A stretch of DNA of 64,000 nucleotides from Candidatus Eremiobacteria bacterium (GCA_963737065.1 CAVTRC010000002.1:32001-96000), one strand, 5' to 3'. Positions 28,272 to 38,796 are shown, counted from the first letter of the stretch. Numbers and translations: made by a program. The notes: generated from the letters alone by a model not told the origin.

Positions 28272-29933
28272 ATGACGAGTACGATTTCCGCTGCGCGCAC
28301 CGTTCGCGCACCTCGCGGCAGCGAGCGTTCGTGCCAAGGTTGGCCGCAAGAAGCGGCGCTGCGGATGTTGATGAACAATCTCGATCCCGACGTCGCGGAG
28401 CGTCCGGACGATTTGGTCGTCTACGGCGGAAACGGTCGCGCTGCGCGCTCGTGGGAAGCATTCGATGCGCTCGTGCGGACGCTGCGCCGGCTGAAGAATG
28501 ACGAGACGATGATCGTGCAGAGCGGCAAACCGGTCGCCGTTTGGAAGACGCACGAACGCGCGCCGCGCGTGTTCATCGCGAATTCGAATCTCGTGCCGAA
28601 ATGGGCGGATTGGAAGATCTTCCGCGAGCTGGAAGCGCAAGGACTCACGATGTACGGCCAGATGACGGCCGGATCGTGGATTTACATCGGCACGCAAGGC
28701 ATCGTGCAGGGGACGTACGAGACGTTTGCGGAGCTATCGCGACAGCACTTCGGTGGAACGTTGAAGGGACGGATCTGCCTGACCGCCGGCGTCGGCGGTA
28801 TGGGCGGCGCGCAACCGCTTGCGGTTACGATGAACGACGGGATTGCGCTCGTCATCGACGTCGATCGCTCGCGTTTGGATCGCCGTCGCGATCTGCGATA
28901 CCTCGACAAAGTCGTCGATTCACGCGAAGAGGCGTTGCACGAAGTCGAACGCGCGCGCAAAGCCGGTGAAGCGGTTTCGGTCGGCTACGAAGGCAACGCT
29001 GCGACGGAGTTCTGGGACCTCTACGATCTCGGATTCCGCCCGGATGCCGTGACCGATCAAACGTCCGCGCACGATGTAATCAACGGGTACGTTCCCGAAG
29101 GGCTGACGTTGGAAGAAGCGGCCGAACTGCGGCGCAACTCGCCGGAAGAGTACGAACGCCGCGCGCTCGAGAGCTGCGGCAAGCACGTCGAGGCGATGGT
29201 ACGTTTCCAAGATGCCGGCGCGATCGTGTTCGACTACGGAAATAACATTCGCGCGCAGGCGCAGCGCGCCGGATACGGGCGGGCATTCGCATTTCCGGGA
29301 TTCGTTCCGGCGTTCGTGCGCCCGCTGTTCTGCAAGGGTTCCGGTCCGTTCCGTTTCGCGGCGCTCTCCGGCGATCCGAAAGACATTCATCGTCTCGATC
29401 AAGAGTTGCTTGCGCTCTTCCCGGACGATGCGGGATTGCAGCGTTGGATCAGACTCGCGCAGGAACGCGTATCGTTCCAAGGACTGCCTGCGCGTATTTG
29501 CTGGCTCGGCTATGGCGATCGCGCGAAAGCCGGATTGCGTTTCAACGAGCTCGTGCGCGGTGGTGAGATTTCCGCGCCCATCGTGATCGGGCGCGATCAT
29601 CTCGATACGGGAAGCGTCGCTTCGCCGTATCGTGAAACGGAATCGATGAAAGATGGATCCGATGCGATTGCCGACTGGCCGATTCTCAACGCATTGTTGA
29701 ACACTGCCGCAGGCGCGCATTGGGTAAGTTTCCATCACGGCGGCGGCGTTGGTATCGGTTACAGCTTGCACGCCGGCATGGTGGTGGTGGCCGACGGGTC
29801 GCAAGACGCGCAGGCGCGGCTCGCAGCGGTGCTGACGACCGATTGCGGCATGGGCGTCGTTCGGCACGCCGATGCCGGATACGAAATCGCAATGGAAACG
29901 GCGGATACCAAAGGCATCGACTGGCGCCTATAG
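28272..29933 (+). CDS. hutU: Urocanate hydratase
   Basis: [49 protein letters not shown]. Confidence 0.97.
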   Translation: MTSTISAARTVRAPRGSERSCQGWPQEAALRMLMNNLDPDVAERPDDLVVYGGNGRAARSWEAFDALVRTLRRLKNDETMIVQSGKPVAVWKTHERAPRVFIANSNLVPKWADWKIFRELEAQGLTMYGQMTAGSWIYIGTQGIVQGTYETFAELSRQHFGGTLKGRICLTAGVGGMGGAQPLAVTMNDGIALVIDVDRSRLDRRRDLRYLDKVVDSREEALHEVERARKAGEAVSVGYEGNAATEFWDLYDLGFRPDAVTDQTSAHDVINGYVPEGLTLEEAAELRRNSPEEYERRALESCGKHVEAMVRFQDAGAIVFDYGNNIRAQAQRAGYGRAFAFPGFVPAFVRPLFCKGSGPFRFAALSGDPKDIHRLDQELLALFPDDAGLQRWIRLAQERVSFQGLPARICWLGYGDRAKAGLRFNELVRGGEISAPIVIGRDHLDTGSVASPYRETESMKDGSDAIADWPILNALLNTAAGAHWVSFHHGGGVGIGYSLHAGMVVVADGSQDAQARLAAVLTTDCGMGVVRHADAGYEIAMETADTKGIDWRL

Positions 29934-29942
29934 CGACGCGGA

Positions 29943-31163
29943 ATGGAACCCTTAGTCGTACGCGCAAAGACGATCGTGACGTGCGAAACCGTTGCCGCGC
30001 AAAACGGCATCACGTTCGATGCGCTCGGGCGCATCGACGATGCCGCGCTGATCGTCGACGGCCATCGGATCGCTGCGGTCGGGAAACGCACCGACATCGA
30101 ACGGTCGGTGCACGATCGGCCGGTCCGCGAACTGGACGTACGCGATTGCGTCGTCGTACCGGGCTTTGTCGACGCGCACGCGCATCCGCTCTTCGCCGGC
30201 GATCGTGAACCGGATTTTGCGGCGCGTCAGCGCGGCGAAAAGCCACTGCTTGGGATGCTCTACACCGTCGAACAGACACGCAATGCGTTACTCGAGCCCC
30301 ACCGCTTCTACGAACGAGTGATTCATCCGCGCTTGAAGATGTTGCTGGCGCACGGCACGACGACGCTCGAGACGAAGACCGGATACGCGCTGCACAAGCC
30401 CGGCGAAACGGAACTCCTCGACATCGTAGCAGCGCACACGAGCGACTACGACGTGCCGGCAATGATTGCAACGTTCTTGGGCGCGCATGCAGTGCCGCCC
30501 GAGTTCACAAACGAGAGCGCATACATCGATTATCTTATCGATCAGCTGGTGCCGTTGGCACACGCGCACGGTGCGGTCTATGCCGATGCGTTCTGCGAGC
30601 CCGGTTTCTTTTCGCCGGAAGAGACTCGCCGCTATCTCGAAGCGTGCCGCGCGCATGGCATGCGCTTGCGCGTACATTGCGACGAAATGAACTTCGGGCA
30701 TGCTGCCGAGATGGCCGTGGACGTCGGCGTGGACGCGGTCGATCACTGCAATTGCATTCGAGAGCAAGACGTCCGCGCGATCGCAGAGAGCCGTACCGTC
30801 ACGGTTGCGTGCCCCGCAACGATTGCGTACCTCGATCTCCCCAAGCGCGCACCGGTTCGCGAATTGCTCGAACGAGGCGCAGCCGTTGCGCTTGGGAGCG
30901 ACTACAATCCGGGAACGTCGCCGTGCTTCAACCTGCAGACGGTTGCGTACTTCGGCCGGAAACTCTTTGGGCTCACCGCCGCGGAAGCGCTCCACGGCGT
31001 GACCGTTGCCGCGGCGCGTTCGCTGCGGGTGCACGCCGGCGCCTTGCATGCCGGAGCGGTCGCGGACTTCGTTGCGCTGCGTATTGATTCTCCCGATGAA
31101 TTCGGATGGCAGCATGGCGGAAATCTCGCTGTTGCGGTCGTCCATCGTGGAGTCGTTCTTTGA
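29943..31163 (+). CDS. hutI: Imidazolonepropionase
   Basis: PGFVDAHAHP, GTTTLETKTGY, FLGAHAVP, DAFCE, SDYNPGTSP; follows hutU. Confidence 0.9.
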   Translation: MEPLVVRAKTIVTCETVAAQNGITFDALGRIDDAALIVDGHRIAAVGKRTDIERSVHDRPVRELDVRDCVVVPGFVDAHAHPLFAGDREPDFAARQRGEKPLLGMLYTVEQTRNALLEPHRFYERVIHPRLKMLLAHGTTTLETKTGYALHKPGETELLDIVAAHTSDYDVPAMIATFLGAHAVPPEFTNESAYIDYLIDQLVPLAHAHGAVYADAFCEPGFFSPEETRRYLEACRAHGMRLRVHCDEMNFGHAAEMAVDVGVDAVDHCNCIREQDVRAIAESRTVTVACPATIAYLDLPKRAPVRELLERGAAVALGSDYNPGTSPCFNLQTVAYFGRKLFGLTAAEALHGVTVAAARSLRVHAGALHAGAVADFVALRIDSPDEFGWQHGGNLAVAVVHRGVVL

Positions 31164-32461
31164 GGACGTTACCGAACGAACTCGTGCGCTGCGCGCGCGC
31201 GCTGGTCGGCGGCGAGACGCGCTACGACTACGCGTTCGTCGTGCGCAACGGGCGCATCGAGGACGCCGGAGATTTCCCGGTCGTGGCGCAGCGTAATTCG
31301 CGGCTCACGGCTCGTTCGTTCCCCGCCGATCGTTTAATCGTCCCGGGATTCATTAACGGTCACAGCCACGCATATCAAATCTTGCTGCGCGGCTGGGCTG
31401 ACGATTGGACGTTCGCCAAATGGCGTAGTGACGCGCTCTACAAAGTCGTGCCGCAACTCACCCCCGATGACATCTATTGGACCTTCATCGCGGCGTTCTC
31501 GGAGATGCTCGGGGCCGGTATTACGACGGTGGCAGAGTTTTTTTACCTCAACGGCGCTGGGAATGCGCACGCCGAAGCCGCGATTCGGGCTGCCGACGAT
31601 ACGGGCATCCGGCTCGTGTTCGCCCGTACCTGGATGGATGCGGACTATGCGCCGCCGCAATTTCGTGAATCGATCGACGTAGCGCAATCGCGCACGTTGC
31701 AATTGATGCAAGCCTATCCCTGGGCGAACGTTTGTGTTGCGCCCCATTCGCTGCACGCGGCATCGCTTGATATGATTCGCGCCGCGGCCGATTTTGCGCG
31801 CGCGCACGACTGCATGATGCACGTGCACGCCGCGGAGGCGTCGTATGAAGGCGAAGCGACGCTTTCCAAGCACGGCGCAACGCCGATCAAGCTGCTCGAC
31901 CGGTTGGATTCACTCAACGATCGGACGATCGCCGTTCATGCGATCTACATCACCGCGGATGAAAAGCGTCTGCTTGGAGAGCGCGGCGCGCGTGTCATCC
32001 ACAATCCGATGACGAATCAATACCTCGGCGACGGCGTTTGCGATGTGTCGGAACTTCAGGCGCTCGGCGTGCCGATGGGACTCGGAACCGACGCGGACGT
32101 GAAACCTTCGCTCATTGATGAGATGCGCGCCGCGTCGCTGCTGCAGAAGCTCGCGCGCACCGACGGCAGCGCGCTGGGCGCGCGCACCGCATTCGACCTC
32201 GCGACGGCGCAGGGCGCCCGCACGCTCGGGCTGGATGCAGGCGACCTCACCGTAGGAAACGCGGCGGATTTTCTCGTGCTGGACGCCTCTGCGATCGATC
32301 CGTGGACGCCGGAGGTCAACGGAGTCGTCTATCGTGGGCAAGATAGCTGGGTACAGGCCGCGTTCGTCGGCGGCGCCCGCGTATATACGGGGGAACGATC
32401 GCCGATCGCGCGCTTGGCGCAGCAGAAGCTGAAGGAGATAACGCAACGTGTCATTCCGTAA
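31160..32461 (+). CDS. hutF: Amidohydrolase, probable formimidoylglutamate deiminase
   Basis: NGHSHAYQ, GITTVAEFFYL, APHSL, HVHAAE, LGDG, GTD; TTGA coupling to hutI. Confidence 0.65.
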   Translation: MRTLPNELVRCARALVGGETRYDYAFVVRNGRIEDAGDFPVVAQRNSRLTARSFPADRLIVPGFINGHSHAYQILLRGWADDWTFAKWRSDALYKVVPQLTPDDIYWTFIAAFSEMLGAGITTVAEFFYLNGAGNAHAEAAIRAADDTGIRLVFARTWMDADYAPPQFRESIDVAQSRTLQLMQAYPWANVCVAPHSLHAASLDMIRAAADFARAHDCMMHVHAAEASYEGEATLSKHGATPIKLLDRLDSLNDRTIAVHAIYITADEKRLLGERGARVIHNPMTNQYLGDGVCDVSELQALGVPMGLGTDADVKPSLIDEMRAASLLQKLARTDGSALGARTAFDLATAQGARTLGLDAGDLTVGNAADFLVLDASAIDPWTPEVNGVVYRGQDSWVQAAFVGGARVYTGERSPIARLAQQKLKEITQRVIP

Positions 32462-32870
32462 TCTGCTTGCAGTGACCGCCCTCGTTGCACTCGCAGCGTG
32501 CGGCGGCGGAAATAACCAGTCCTCGTCGGGAAGTACCACCGAGTCGAGCAACGGCAGGATGACCGGTGGATCCACGCATCGCTCGTCGCATTCGGCTGCA
32601 AACGAGCCGATGAGCGGAATGAACGCGTCCGGCGACGCGATGGCGCCCGGCACGCCGGCGACCGTTCCGCCCGGAGTATCGTGCGGCGCCGTACACCCTG
32701 TATGGGTCAATACGAAGACGCACGTCTATCACGAGCCGAGCGACCCGTTTTACGGGCGCACCAAGCACGGCGAGTACATGTGTCCGTCGCAAGCAGCGAG
32801 AGAAGGTTATCATAGAGCCGGCGGCGCCAAACATCGCTCAGCGTCGAGTAGCGACTCAACAGAGCAATAG
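32448..32870 (+). CDS. Lipoprotein of unknown function
   Basis: Lipobox LAAC, Ser-rich linker, C-terminal VWVNTKTHVYH..YGRTKHGEYMC domain. Confidence 0.8.
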   Translation: MSFRNLLAVTALVALAACGGGNNQSSSGSTTESSNGRMTGGSTHRSSHSAANEPMSGMNASGDAMAPGTPATVPPGVSCGAVHPVWVNTKTHVYHEPSDPFYGRTKHGEYMCPSQAAREGYHRAGGAKHRSASSSDSTEQ

Positions 32871-32883
32871 TCGCGCCGAGTGG

Positions 32884-33675
32884 TTACGCGAGCAGTTCGC
32901 GCAACGCGCGCATGAATGGTCCGAAACGCGCGTTGTGTTCGTCGGTGCTTGCCAATCCGGTGTACACGACGACGATATAGCTCTCGCCTTGTGGCGTCCA
33001 GAGGATGCCGCCATCGTGGGTGACGTCGCTCGTGTCGCCGGTCTTATGCGCGAAACGGTCGCCTTCGCGCAAGCCTTTCGACAATTTGTCGTTCCAATAC
33101 TGACGTGCGAGCGCGCCACGCAGCAGATCGCTGTGCGGAACGCGATCGAGCGCGATGTCCTCGAAGAGTTTTGCGGCATCGCTCGCGGGATGCGTGTTGC
33201 GGTGCACGCCGTCCCAGCCCGGATCGTCGATCAACGGTTCGCTTCCGGAAAGCTTGCGGTGAAAGGCCGTCTGTAGTAATCCGAAGCGTTGCGCGATAAT
33301 GCGCGTTGCGCGTTCGCGTCCCACCACGTCGAAGAGGACGTTCGTCGCGACATTATCCGAACGCGAAATCGCAAGCTCGCACAACTGATCGATGCGCGCC
33401 CAGTATCCCGGCACGAGCGGAGACGGCGCGTCGTTGTAGGTCATGTTCGCGCGCGAGATCTCGACGCGATCCGTGACGTTCATCCGGCCGTCCGCCGCGA
33501 GCGCCATCGCCGCTGCCGCGAGCGGCGTTTTGATCATGCTGGCGGGATAAAGGTCGCGATCCGGCTCGTACGACGCGGACCAGCCACGTGCCGGCGAGCT
33601 GACGAGGATGGAAAATGGCGCGAGGTCATGCTCTTGACCGAGCCGGCTAAGATCCGCGGCGGTTACGGGCCGCAT
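32884..33675 (-). CDS. Class A beta-lactamase-like serine hydrolase, no signal peptide
   Basis: SMIK (SxxK), SDN and KTG motifs. Confidence 0.88.
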   Translation of the reverse strand: MRPVTAADLSRLGQEHDLAPFSILVSSPARGWSASYEPDRDLYPASMIKTPLAAAAMALAADGRMNVTDRVEISRANMTYNDAPSPLVPGYWARIDQLCELAISRSDNVATNVLFDVVGRERATRIIAQRFGLLQTAFHRKLSGSEPLIDDPGWDGVHRNTHPASDAAKLFEDIALDRVPHSDLLRGALARQYWNDKLSKGLREGDRFAHKTGDTSDVTHDGGILWTPQGESYIVVVYTGLASTDEHNARFGPFMRALRELLA

Positions 33676-33712
33676 GTAAGCTTATGCTCCGCTTCTTAGT
33701 AGCTATCCGCGC

Positions 33713-33777
33713 TGCAAGTACGTACTTGCACGCGTGGTGCCGGTATGGTATCCTCTGCGTGCAAGTACGTACTTGCG
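33713..33777 (+). promoter_or_regulatory. Promoter flanked by two identical palindromic operators (likely TetR)
   Basis: GCAAGTACGTACTTGC at 33714-33729 and 33761-33776; TTGCAC - 17 bp - TATCCT with extended TG. Confidence 0.85.
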
Positions 33778-33791
33778 TTCTCCCAAAATGA

Positions 33792-34076
33792 GTGATCTAC
33801 ATGCAGTCGATCGTCTTTGAGTACCGTCCTGCCGCGTTCGATGCCTTGCAGGCTGCCGTTACGACCGCGTTTGAGACCGGTGCGCGGCGCGTCGTGCTCG
33901 ATCTGGATGTCCTTCCCCGTTTGGACACCGATGCCGTCCGCGGGCTGATTACGCTTCTGCGCCGCGCGCGCGAGCTGGGAGGCGAAGTCGCCCTTCAGGT
34001 CACGCGCCCGGAACTGCTGCGCACGCTCAATGCCCTTGCCCTCGACCGGCTCTTTCCGATGGTGGCTGCTGCATGA
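33792..34076 (+). CDS. STAS-domain protein
   Basis: VVLDLDVLPRLDTDAVRGL...LALDRLF. Confidence 0.85.
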   Translation: MIYMQSIVFEYRPAAFDALQAAVTTAFETGARRVVLDLDVLPRLDTDAVRGLITLLRRARELGGEVALQVTRPELLRTLNALALDRLFPMVAAA

Positions 34077-34756
34077 TCCGCCTCGCGCTTGCATTCGGCG
34101 GCGCGATGTTGTTCGCCGTCGTGGCTCAGGCTCGAGCGCAAGCGCCGTCAGCTTCGCCCAGCACGCTGCCGCCACCGGCATCGGCACATGCCGTCATCGA
34201 ACGGATGGTGGGTCGCAATCCCTCGCTGAACTCATACACGGCGCGCGTGCACGTCGATTTGCACATGCTGAACTTCCCTTGGCTCTCGCCGAAACTCGAC
34301 GGCACGTCGTACTTCAAGCGTCCGAGTCACAACGAGGTCGTTTTCGACCGCGTGCCTTCGTACGCGAAAGGGTTCCAAAAGCTCTTCAATGACATCGGCG
34401 ATCCCCTCTCGTGGGAAGCGCTTTGGAACGTCGAGGACAAGGGGCTCGTCAAAGTCGACGGCTACGCGCATCCGTTGATCGAGTTGTTTATGACGAAAAA
34501 GGTCTACAGCGATCAAACCGCGGACGCAGTCGCGTACGTCGATCCGGCGTCGTACGAATTGCTCCAGATGCAATGGGACTATCGGAGCGGCGGGAAGATC
34601 ATCATGCGCCAGTCGTATCGCGACCAGGGTCCCTACAGCGTCGTCGGAGCGCAGCACGTCGAGATCAACATTCCGCACGTTCATGCCGTCGGCGACTCGC
34701 AGTTCTCGACCTATCAAACCAACGTCGCCGTCGATGACTCGGTGTTCAAGAAATGA
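34073..34756 (+). CDS. Secreted protein, possibly LolA-like fold
   Basis: Signal peptide, ASPS linker, beta-rich, ends NVAVDDSVF. Confidence 0.7.
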   Translation: MIRLALAFGGAMLFAVVAQARAQAPSASPSTLPPPASAHAVIERMVGRNPSLNSYTARVHVDLHMLNFPWLSPKLDGTSYFKRPSHNEVVFDRVPSYAKGFQKLFNDIGDPLSWEALWNVEDKGLVKVDGYAHPLIELFMTKKVYSDQTADAVAYVDPASYELLQMQWDYRSGGKIIMRQSYRDQGPYSVVGAQHVEINIPHVHAVGDSQFSTYQTNVAVDDSVFKK

Positions 34757-35370
34757 TCGACGCGGAACGCCAAACCGACGGTATAAGGACGCAAGCCGAT
34801 CAAACGCGCGAACGCATCGTCGCGGCCGCGCGAGACGTCATCGCGCGCAAAGGCAAACGCGGCGCGACGACACGAGAAATTGCCGACTTGGCCGGCGTGA
34901 ACGAGGCAACGCTTTTCCGGCACTTTGGAAACAAAGAATCGCTTATTATCGCGGTCGCCAAGGCCTCGTGCCCGGACACCAAACTACGCGATGTTGTTTC
35001 ACGGTTGCAGGGCCCGATCGAAAGCGACCTTTACGCCATCGGCGTTGCAATGGTCGAACATTTGGAGTCGATGATCGATATGGTGCGCTGGTCGCTCGTC
35101 GAAACCGATTACGAAAACAGCATTTTTTCGAAAGAAGCGTGGCGGCCTCAAACGGCCGTGCGGCAGGTTATCATCGAGTATCTTGCTTCCCAAGTTCAAG
35201 CCGGTGCGATCTGCGGAAACCCTGACGATCTTGCGGCGGTCTTCATGGGGATGATCTTCTCGCGTACGGTGGCGCGTGAGAAATTCCCGGAGTCGCGCCT
35301 GTTCGTCGATACCGACTATGCTATCCGTCTTTTCGTAGACGTTTTCCTCAACGGCGCAAGGAGCAAGTAA
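34753..35370 (+). CDS. TetR/AcrR-family regulator
   Basis: ATTREIADLAGVNEATLFRHFGNKE. Confidence 0.95.
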   Translation: MIDAERQTDGIRTQADQTRERIVAAARDVIARKGKRGATTREIADLAGVNEATLFRHFGNKESLIIAVAKASCPDTKLRDVVSRLQGPIESDLYAIGVAMVEHLESMIDMVRWSLVETDYENSIFSKEAWRPQTAVRQVIIEYLASQVQAGAICGNPDDLAAVFMGMIFSRTVAREKFPESRLFVDTDYAIRLFVDVFLNGARSK

Positions 35371-36644
35371 TGAATACCCGCGAGGTAGAGCAACAGAAAA
35401 CCGCACCGCCGGACACTCCGCCGAACGGTCGCGCCACTGAACCGGTCGTCGAGGAAGCAGTAGAAGAACGAAGCGGTGTTCGCAAGCGCTATATTTTCGG
35501 CGCCATCGGCGTCATCGTGGCAGTCTTGCTCATTATCTGGGGCATCAAATGGTATGCCTATGCGCGCGTTCACGAGGGGACCGATGACGCCCGCGTCGAC
35601 GCCGACGTGGTCGCTGTGACGAGCAAGATCAACGAACGCATCGACAAGATTCTCGTCGACACCAACGACCCCGTCAAGAAAGGGCAACTCCTCGTCGTTC
35701 TCGACGATGCCGTCGAGCGCGATCAAGTGCGCAGCGCGCAAGCACAGTACGATTTGGCGATGGCGAACGTGCGCACGACGACGGCACAAGGCACGGGCGG
35801 CGTGACGCAAGCGCAAGCCGACGTTACGAATGCCGCCGCGCAGGTCCCGGTCGCGCAATCAGGGGTTGCGCAAGCCGAGGCGTCGCTCCGCGTCGCGCAG
35901 GCACAGGTTCCGTCTGCACAAGCCGCATACGATCGCTCACTGGCCGACTATAATCGCGCCGCCTCACTGGTAAAAACCGGCGACGTGGCGCGGTCGCAAC
36001 TCGACGCAGCGCGCGCGAACCTTGCGAGCGCCGCCGCGCAACTGCGTAGCGCGGAAGATCAAGTTTCGAGCGCGCAAGCGAACGTCGCCGCCGCACAAAG
36101 TAAAGTTGGTGCTGCGCGAGCGCAAGTGACTGCAGCGCAAGGCGGCGTGACGACCGCGCAAGGTAAGCTCGACCAGTATACCGATCCCAGCCAAGTACAA
36201 GCGGCGAAAGCACAGCTCGGGATTGCGAAGCAGAACCTGGCCTACACGCACATCCATTCGCCGATCGACGGATACGTCGGACAGAAGAGTGCGGAAGTTG
36301 GACAGACGGTTGGAGCCGGTTCGACGATTCTCACGCTCGTCCCGAACGGTCCGCATCAGATCTACATCACCGCGAACTACAAAGAAACGCAGATGAAGGA
36401 TATGCGCGTGGGGCAGCCCGTCGACATTCACGTCGATGCGTACAACGCCACGTTCCACGGGCACGTAGCGTCGATAAACCCGGCGTCGCAGAACACGTAC
36501 GCGCTGGTTCCCGCGCAAAATGCGACGGGGAACTTCGTCAAGGTCACGCAGCGTATTCCGGTTCGTATCAACGTTGACGAGTTGAATTCGAATCAACCAT
36601 TGCGCCCGGGTATGAGCGTAGAGACGTACGTGAAGGTTCGCTAA
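35370..36644 (+). CDS. emrA: HlyD/EmrA-family membrane fusion protein
   Basis: TM anchor, TDDA, long helical hairpin, ANYKETQ, NATGNFVKVTQRIPV, LRPGMSV. Confidence 0.88.
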   Translation: MNTREVEQQKTAPPDTPPNGRATEPVVEEAVEERSGVRKRYIFGAIGVIVAVLLIIWGIKWYAYARVHEGTDDARVDADVVAVTSKINERIDKILVDTNDPVKKGQLLVVLDDAVERDQVRSAQAQYDLAMANVRTTTAQGTGGVTQAQADVTNAAAQVPVAQSGVAQAEASLRVAQAQVPSAQAAYDRSLADYNRAASLVKTGDVARSQLDAARANLASAAAQLRSAEDQVSSAQANVAAAQSKVGAARAQVTAAQGGVTTAQGKLDQYTDPSQVQAAKAQLGIAKQNLAYTHIHSPIDGYVGQKSAEVGQTVGAGSTILTLVPNGPHQIYITANYKETQMKDMRVGQPVDIHVDAYNATFHGHVASINPASQNTYALVPAQNATGNFVKVTQRIPVRINVDELNSNQPLRPGMSVETYVKVR

Positions 36645-36714
36645 GGATTCACGTTTCCGTGAACCGGTTGCGGTCAGCCTCCGGCCGATCCGTCTGCCGC
36701 TAGCGAGGAACATC

Positions 36715-36887
36715 ATGCAAAGTCGTAGCGTGGCCGAATTCGGCTTACGCAAGGTCATCGTGAGCGTCGCGGTCATCGCCGCAACGCTGGTCGAGATCAT
36801 CGATACGCCATCGTCACCGCCGCTCTTGCACCATTGGTTCTGTTGTTGAAGAAAACGCGATTGGGCCGTCCGATCGCGGCGGAATAA
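36715..36887 (+). pseudogene. emrB: EmrB-type MFS remnant with large internal deletion
   Basis: N-terminus MQSRSVAEFGLRKVIVSVAVIAATLVEIIDT joined out of frame to C-terminus IVTAALAPLVLLLKKTRLGRPIAAE*; both ends resemble the MFS at 7421..8956. Confidence 0.8.
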
Positions 36888-36900
36888 ATAGGAGTCGCTC

Positions 36901-38640
36901 GTGAAAACACGGAGTCTTGCCGCACTGTTCTTCTGTGCAGCGTTTGTCGCAGCGCCGCTCATTACGCCGGCGCAGCAATATCCGCCGCGTAAGGCGCCGG
37001 TGTTACCGTCGCCCGCAAGCGTTCCGACACCGGCGCCGTCCCCCGTTACACCGGCCGTGCCCGCGGTGGGCCCGGGATATAAGGCGCGCAACGTGCAGCC
37101 CGCCAGCGCCAATGTGGTCGGAGTGACGCAACAGCCGTTCGTCGGTATCGCGCTCAACGACGCGATCGCGATGGCGCTCGCGCGTAATCCGAACCTCGCT
37201 ATTTCTGCGGCCAACGCGCGTATCGCCGGTTACAACATTCAAGCGGCGAACGGCGCGTACGACGTGAGGTTCTTCATCAATCCGAGCGTGAGCCACACCG
37301 AAAGCGCGCCGGAAAACGCGTTCTTCTCGGGACCGGGCTTCGGACCGGTCGTCCAGAACACGCAGCAGATCCAAGCGGGCATTCAGGGACAGTTGGCGTC
37401 CGGGACGCAATACAACATCAATCTTACAAACCAAAAAATCGACAACAACACGATCATCAACGCGTTCAATCCCTGGTGGACGTCCTCGTTCAACGTTTCC
37501 GTCACGCAGCCGCTCCTGCGCAACGGCGGTCCGGGAAACGATACACGGCGCCAAATCCAACTCGCGATTTTGAACCAACAAGGAACGACCGCGCAAACAC
37601 TCGCGAGCGTGTCGTCGACGGTTGCGAGCGTTGAAGATGCGTACTGGGAACTCGTCGCGGCATGGCGCAACGTCGCGATTCAAGAAGACGCGCTTCGCTC
37701 AGCCGTGTCGCAGCAACAGAGCAACGTTCGTTTAGCGCGCCATGGCGAAGGAGCACCGATCGACGCGGTGGCTGCCGCTACACAAGTCGGCACATATCAA
37801 AACAGCGTTTTCTCCGCGCTGCAGAACGTATCCGCGCTGCAGAATCAATTGAAATCGCTCGTACTCGACGACCCCGGCGATCCGATTTGGCGCGCGAATC
37901 TGATGCCGACGAGCTCGCTCGAACAAGCGCCGGCAGAGCCGTCGCTCGACGAACTCCTGTCCTCCGCGATGCAACACCGCCCGGAACTCGCGCAGGCCGC
38001 CGCGCAGCGCGAGCAGGCTGCGCTCAACCTGCGGTATGCGAAAAACCAGCTGCTGCCGCAAGTCGATCTCCAGGTGCAATATCAGGGTAACGGCTTTGCC
38101 GGCAACGCGCTTCCGCCCCTCGGCGGAGCGTTCGGCAACGCAACGCCGCCGCCGTACTTGGACGGCACGCTCGGACAAGCATACGCGAACATCGGCAAAT
38201 TTCCGACCTACACTGCGGGCGTCAATATCTCTGCGCCGATCGGAAACGACGCCGCGAAAGCTGATTACGCCGCGGCCAAAGAGCGAGAACGCATCGCGAA
38301 CCTCACCACGCAGAACGTCGATCAGCGGATTCTCTTCGACGTTAGAAACGCATTACAAGATTTTGAATCCGCACAGGCACGTCTGTACGCGGCGCGGCAA
38401 GCGCGCGAAGCGCAGCAGCAAGTCTACGCAAGCGAAGTGCGCAAATTCCGTAACGGCGAGTCGACGACGTTCCTCGTGAACCAGCAACGCATTACGCTCG
38501 TGCAAACGGAGGGAACCGAACTCCAAGCACAAACGGATTTCGACAAAGCTGTGGTCGAGCTGAGCAGTGCCGATGGAACGATTCTAAGCGCGAACAACGT
38601 TAAAATACAGACGTTGGGTGAAGGAGCACTAAAACCATGA
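36901..38640 (+). CDS. TolC-family outer membrane factor
   Basis: AIAMALARNP, TQPLLR, VEDAYWEL, RPEL, NQLLPQVDL, KFRNGEST. Confidence 0.9.
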   Translation: MKTRSLAALFFCAAFVAAPLITPAQQYPPRKAPVLPSPASVPTPAPSPVTPAVPAVGPGYKARNVQPASANVVGVTQQPFVGIALNDAIAMALARNPNLAISAANARIAGYNIQAANGAYDVRFFINPSVSHTESAPENAFFSGPGFGPVVQNTQQIQAGIQGQLASGTQYNINLTNQKIDNNTIINAFNPWWTSSFNVSVTQPLLRNGGPGNDTRRQIQLAILNQQGTTAQTLASVSSTVASVEDAYWELVAAWRNVAIQEDALRSAVSQQQSNVRLARHGEGAPIDAVAAATQVGTYQNSVFSALQNVSALQNQLKSLVLDDPGDPIWRANLMPTSSLEQAPAEPSLDELLSSAMQHRPELAQAAAQREQAALNLRYAKNQLLPQVDLQVQYQGNGFAGNALPPLGGAFGNATPPPYLDGTLGQAYANIGKFPTYTAGVNISAPIGNDAAKADYAAAKERERIANLTTQNVDQRILFDVRNALQDFESAQARLYAARQAREAQQQVYASEVRKFRNGESTTFLVNQQRITLVQTEGTELQAQTDFDKAVVELSSADGTILSANNVKIQTLGEGALKP

Positions 38641-38762
38641 CGTATCGGAAAGCACGGATACGCAGGCTGAGTCCGCTCGCGTACCGCAAGCTGCAAGAAC
38701 GCAGCGCGGTGCTGTACGGCCGTGAACTGGAACGCTGGAACAGCAGAGCGCCGTTGTGGTAG
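38637..38762 (+). CDS. Small basic ORF (41 aa)
   Basis: ATGA overlap with the TolC-family gene, AAGGAG upstream; MTYRKARIRRLSPLAYRKLQERSAVLYGRELERWNSRAPLW. Confidence 0.45.
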   Translation: MTYRKARIRRLSPLAYRKLQERSAVLYGRELERWNSRAPLW

Positions 38763-38796
38763 CCGCTTCGTTTGAGCTAAAGTCGCTCGCGTAGCT

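Noticed and set aside
32884..33675. Functional antibiotic-resistance beta-lactamase
   Set aside because: No signal peptide; motifs are shared by many uncharacterised serine hydrolases
33713..33777. CRISPR mini-array
   Set aside because: Only two 16-18-bp palindromes bracketing a promoter; no cas genes
35700..36240. Repetitive GCGCAA/AQ-rich DNA
   Set aside because: Explained by the coiled-coil hairpin of the membrane fusion protein
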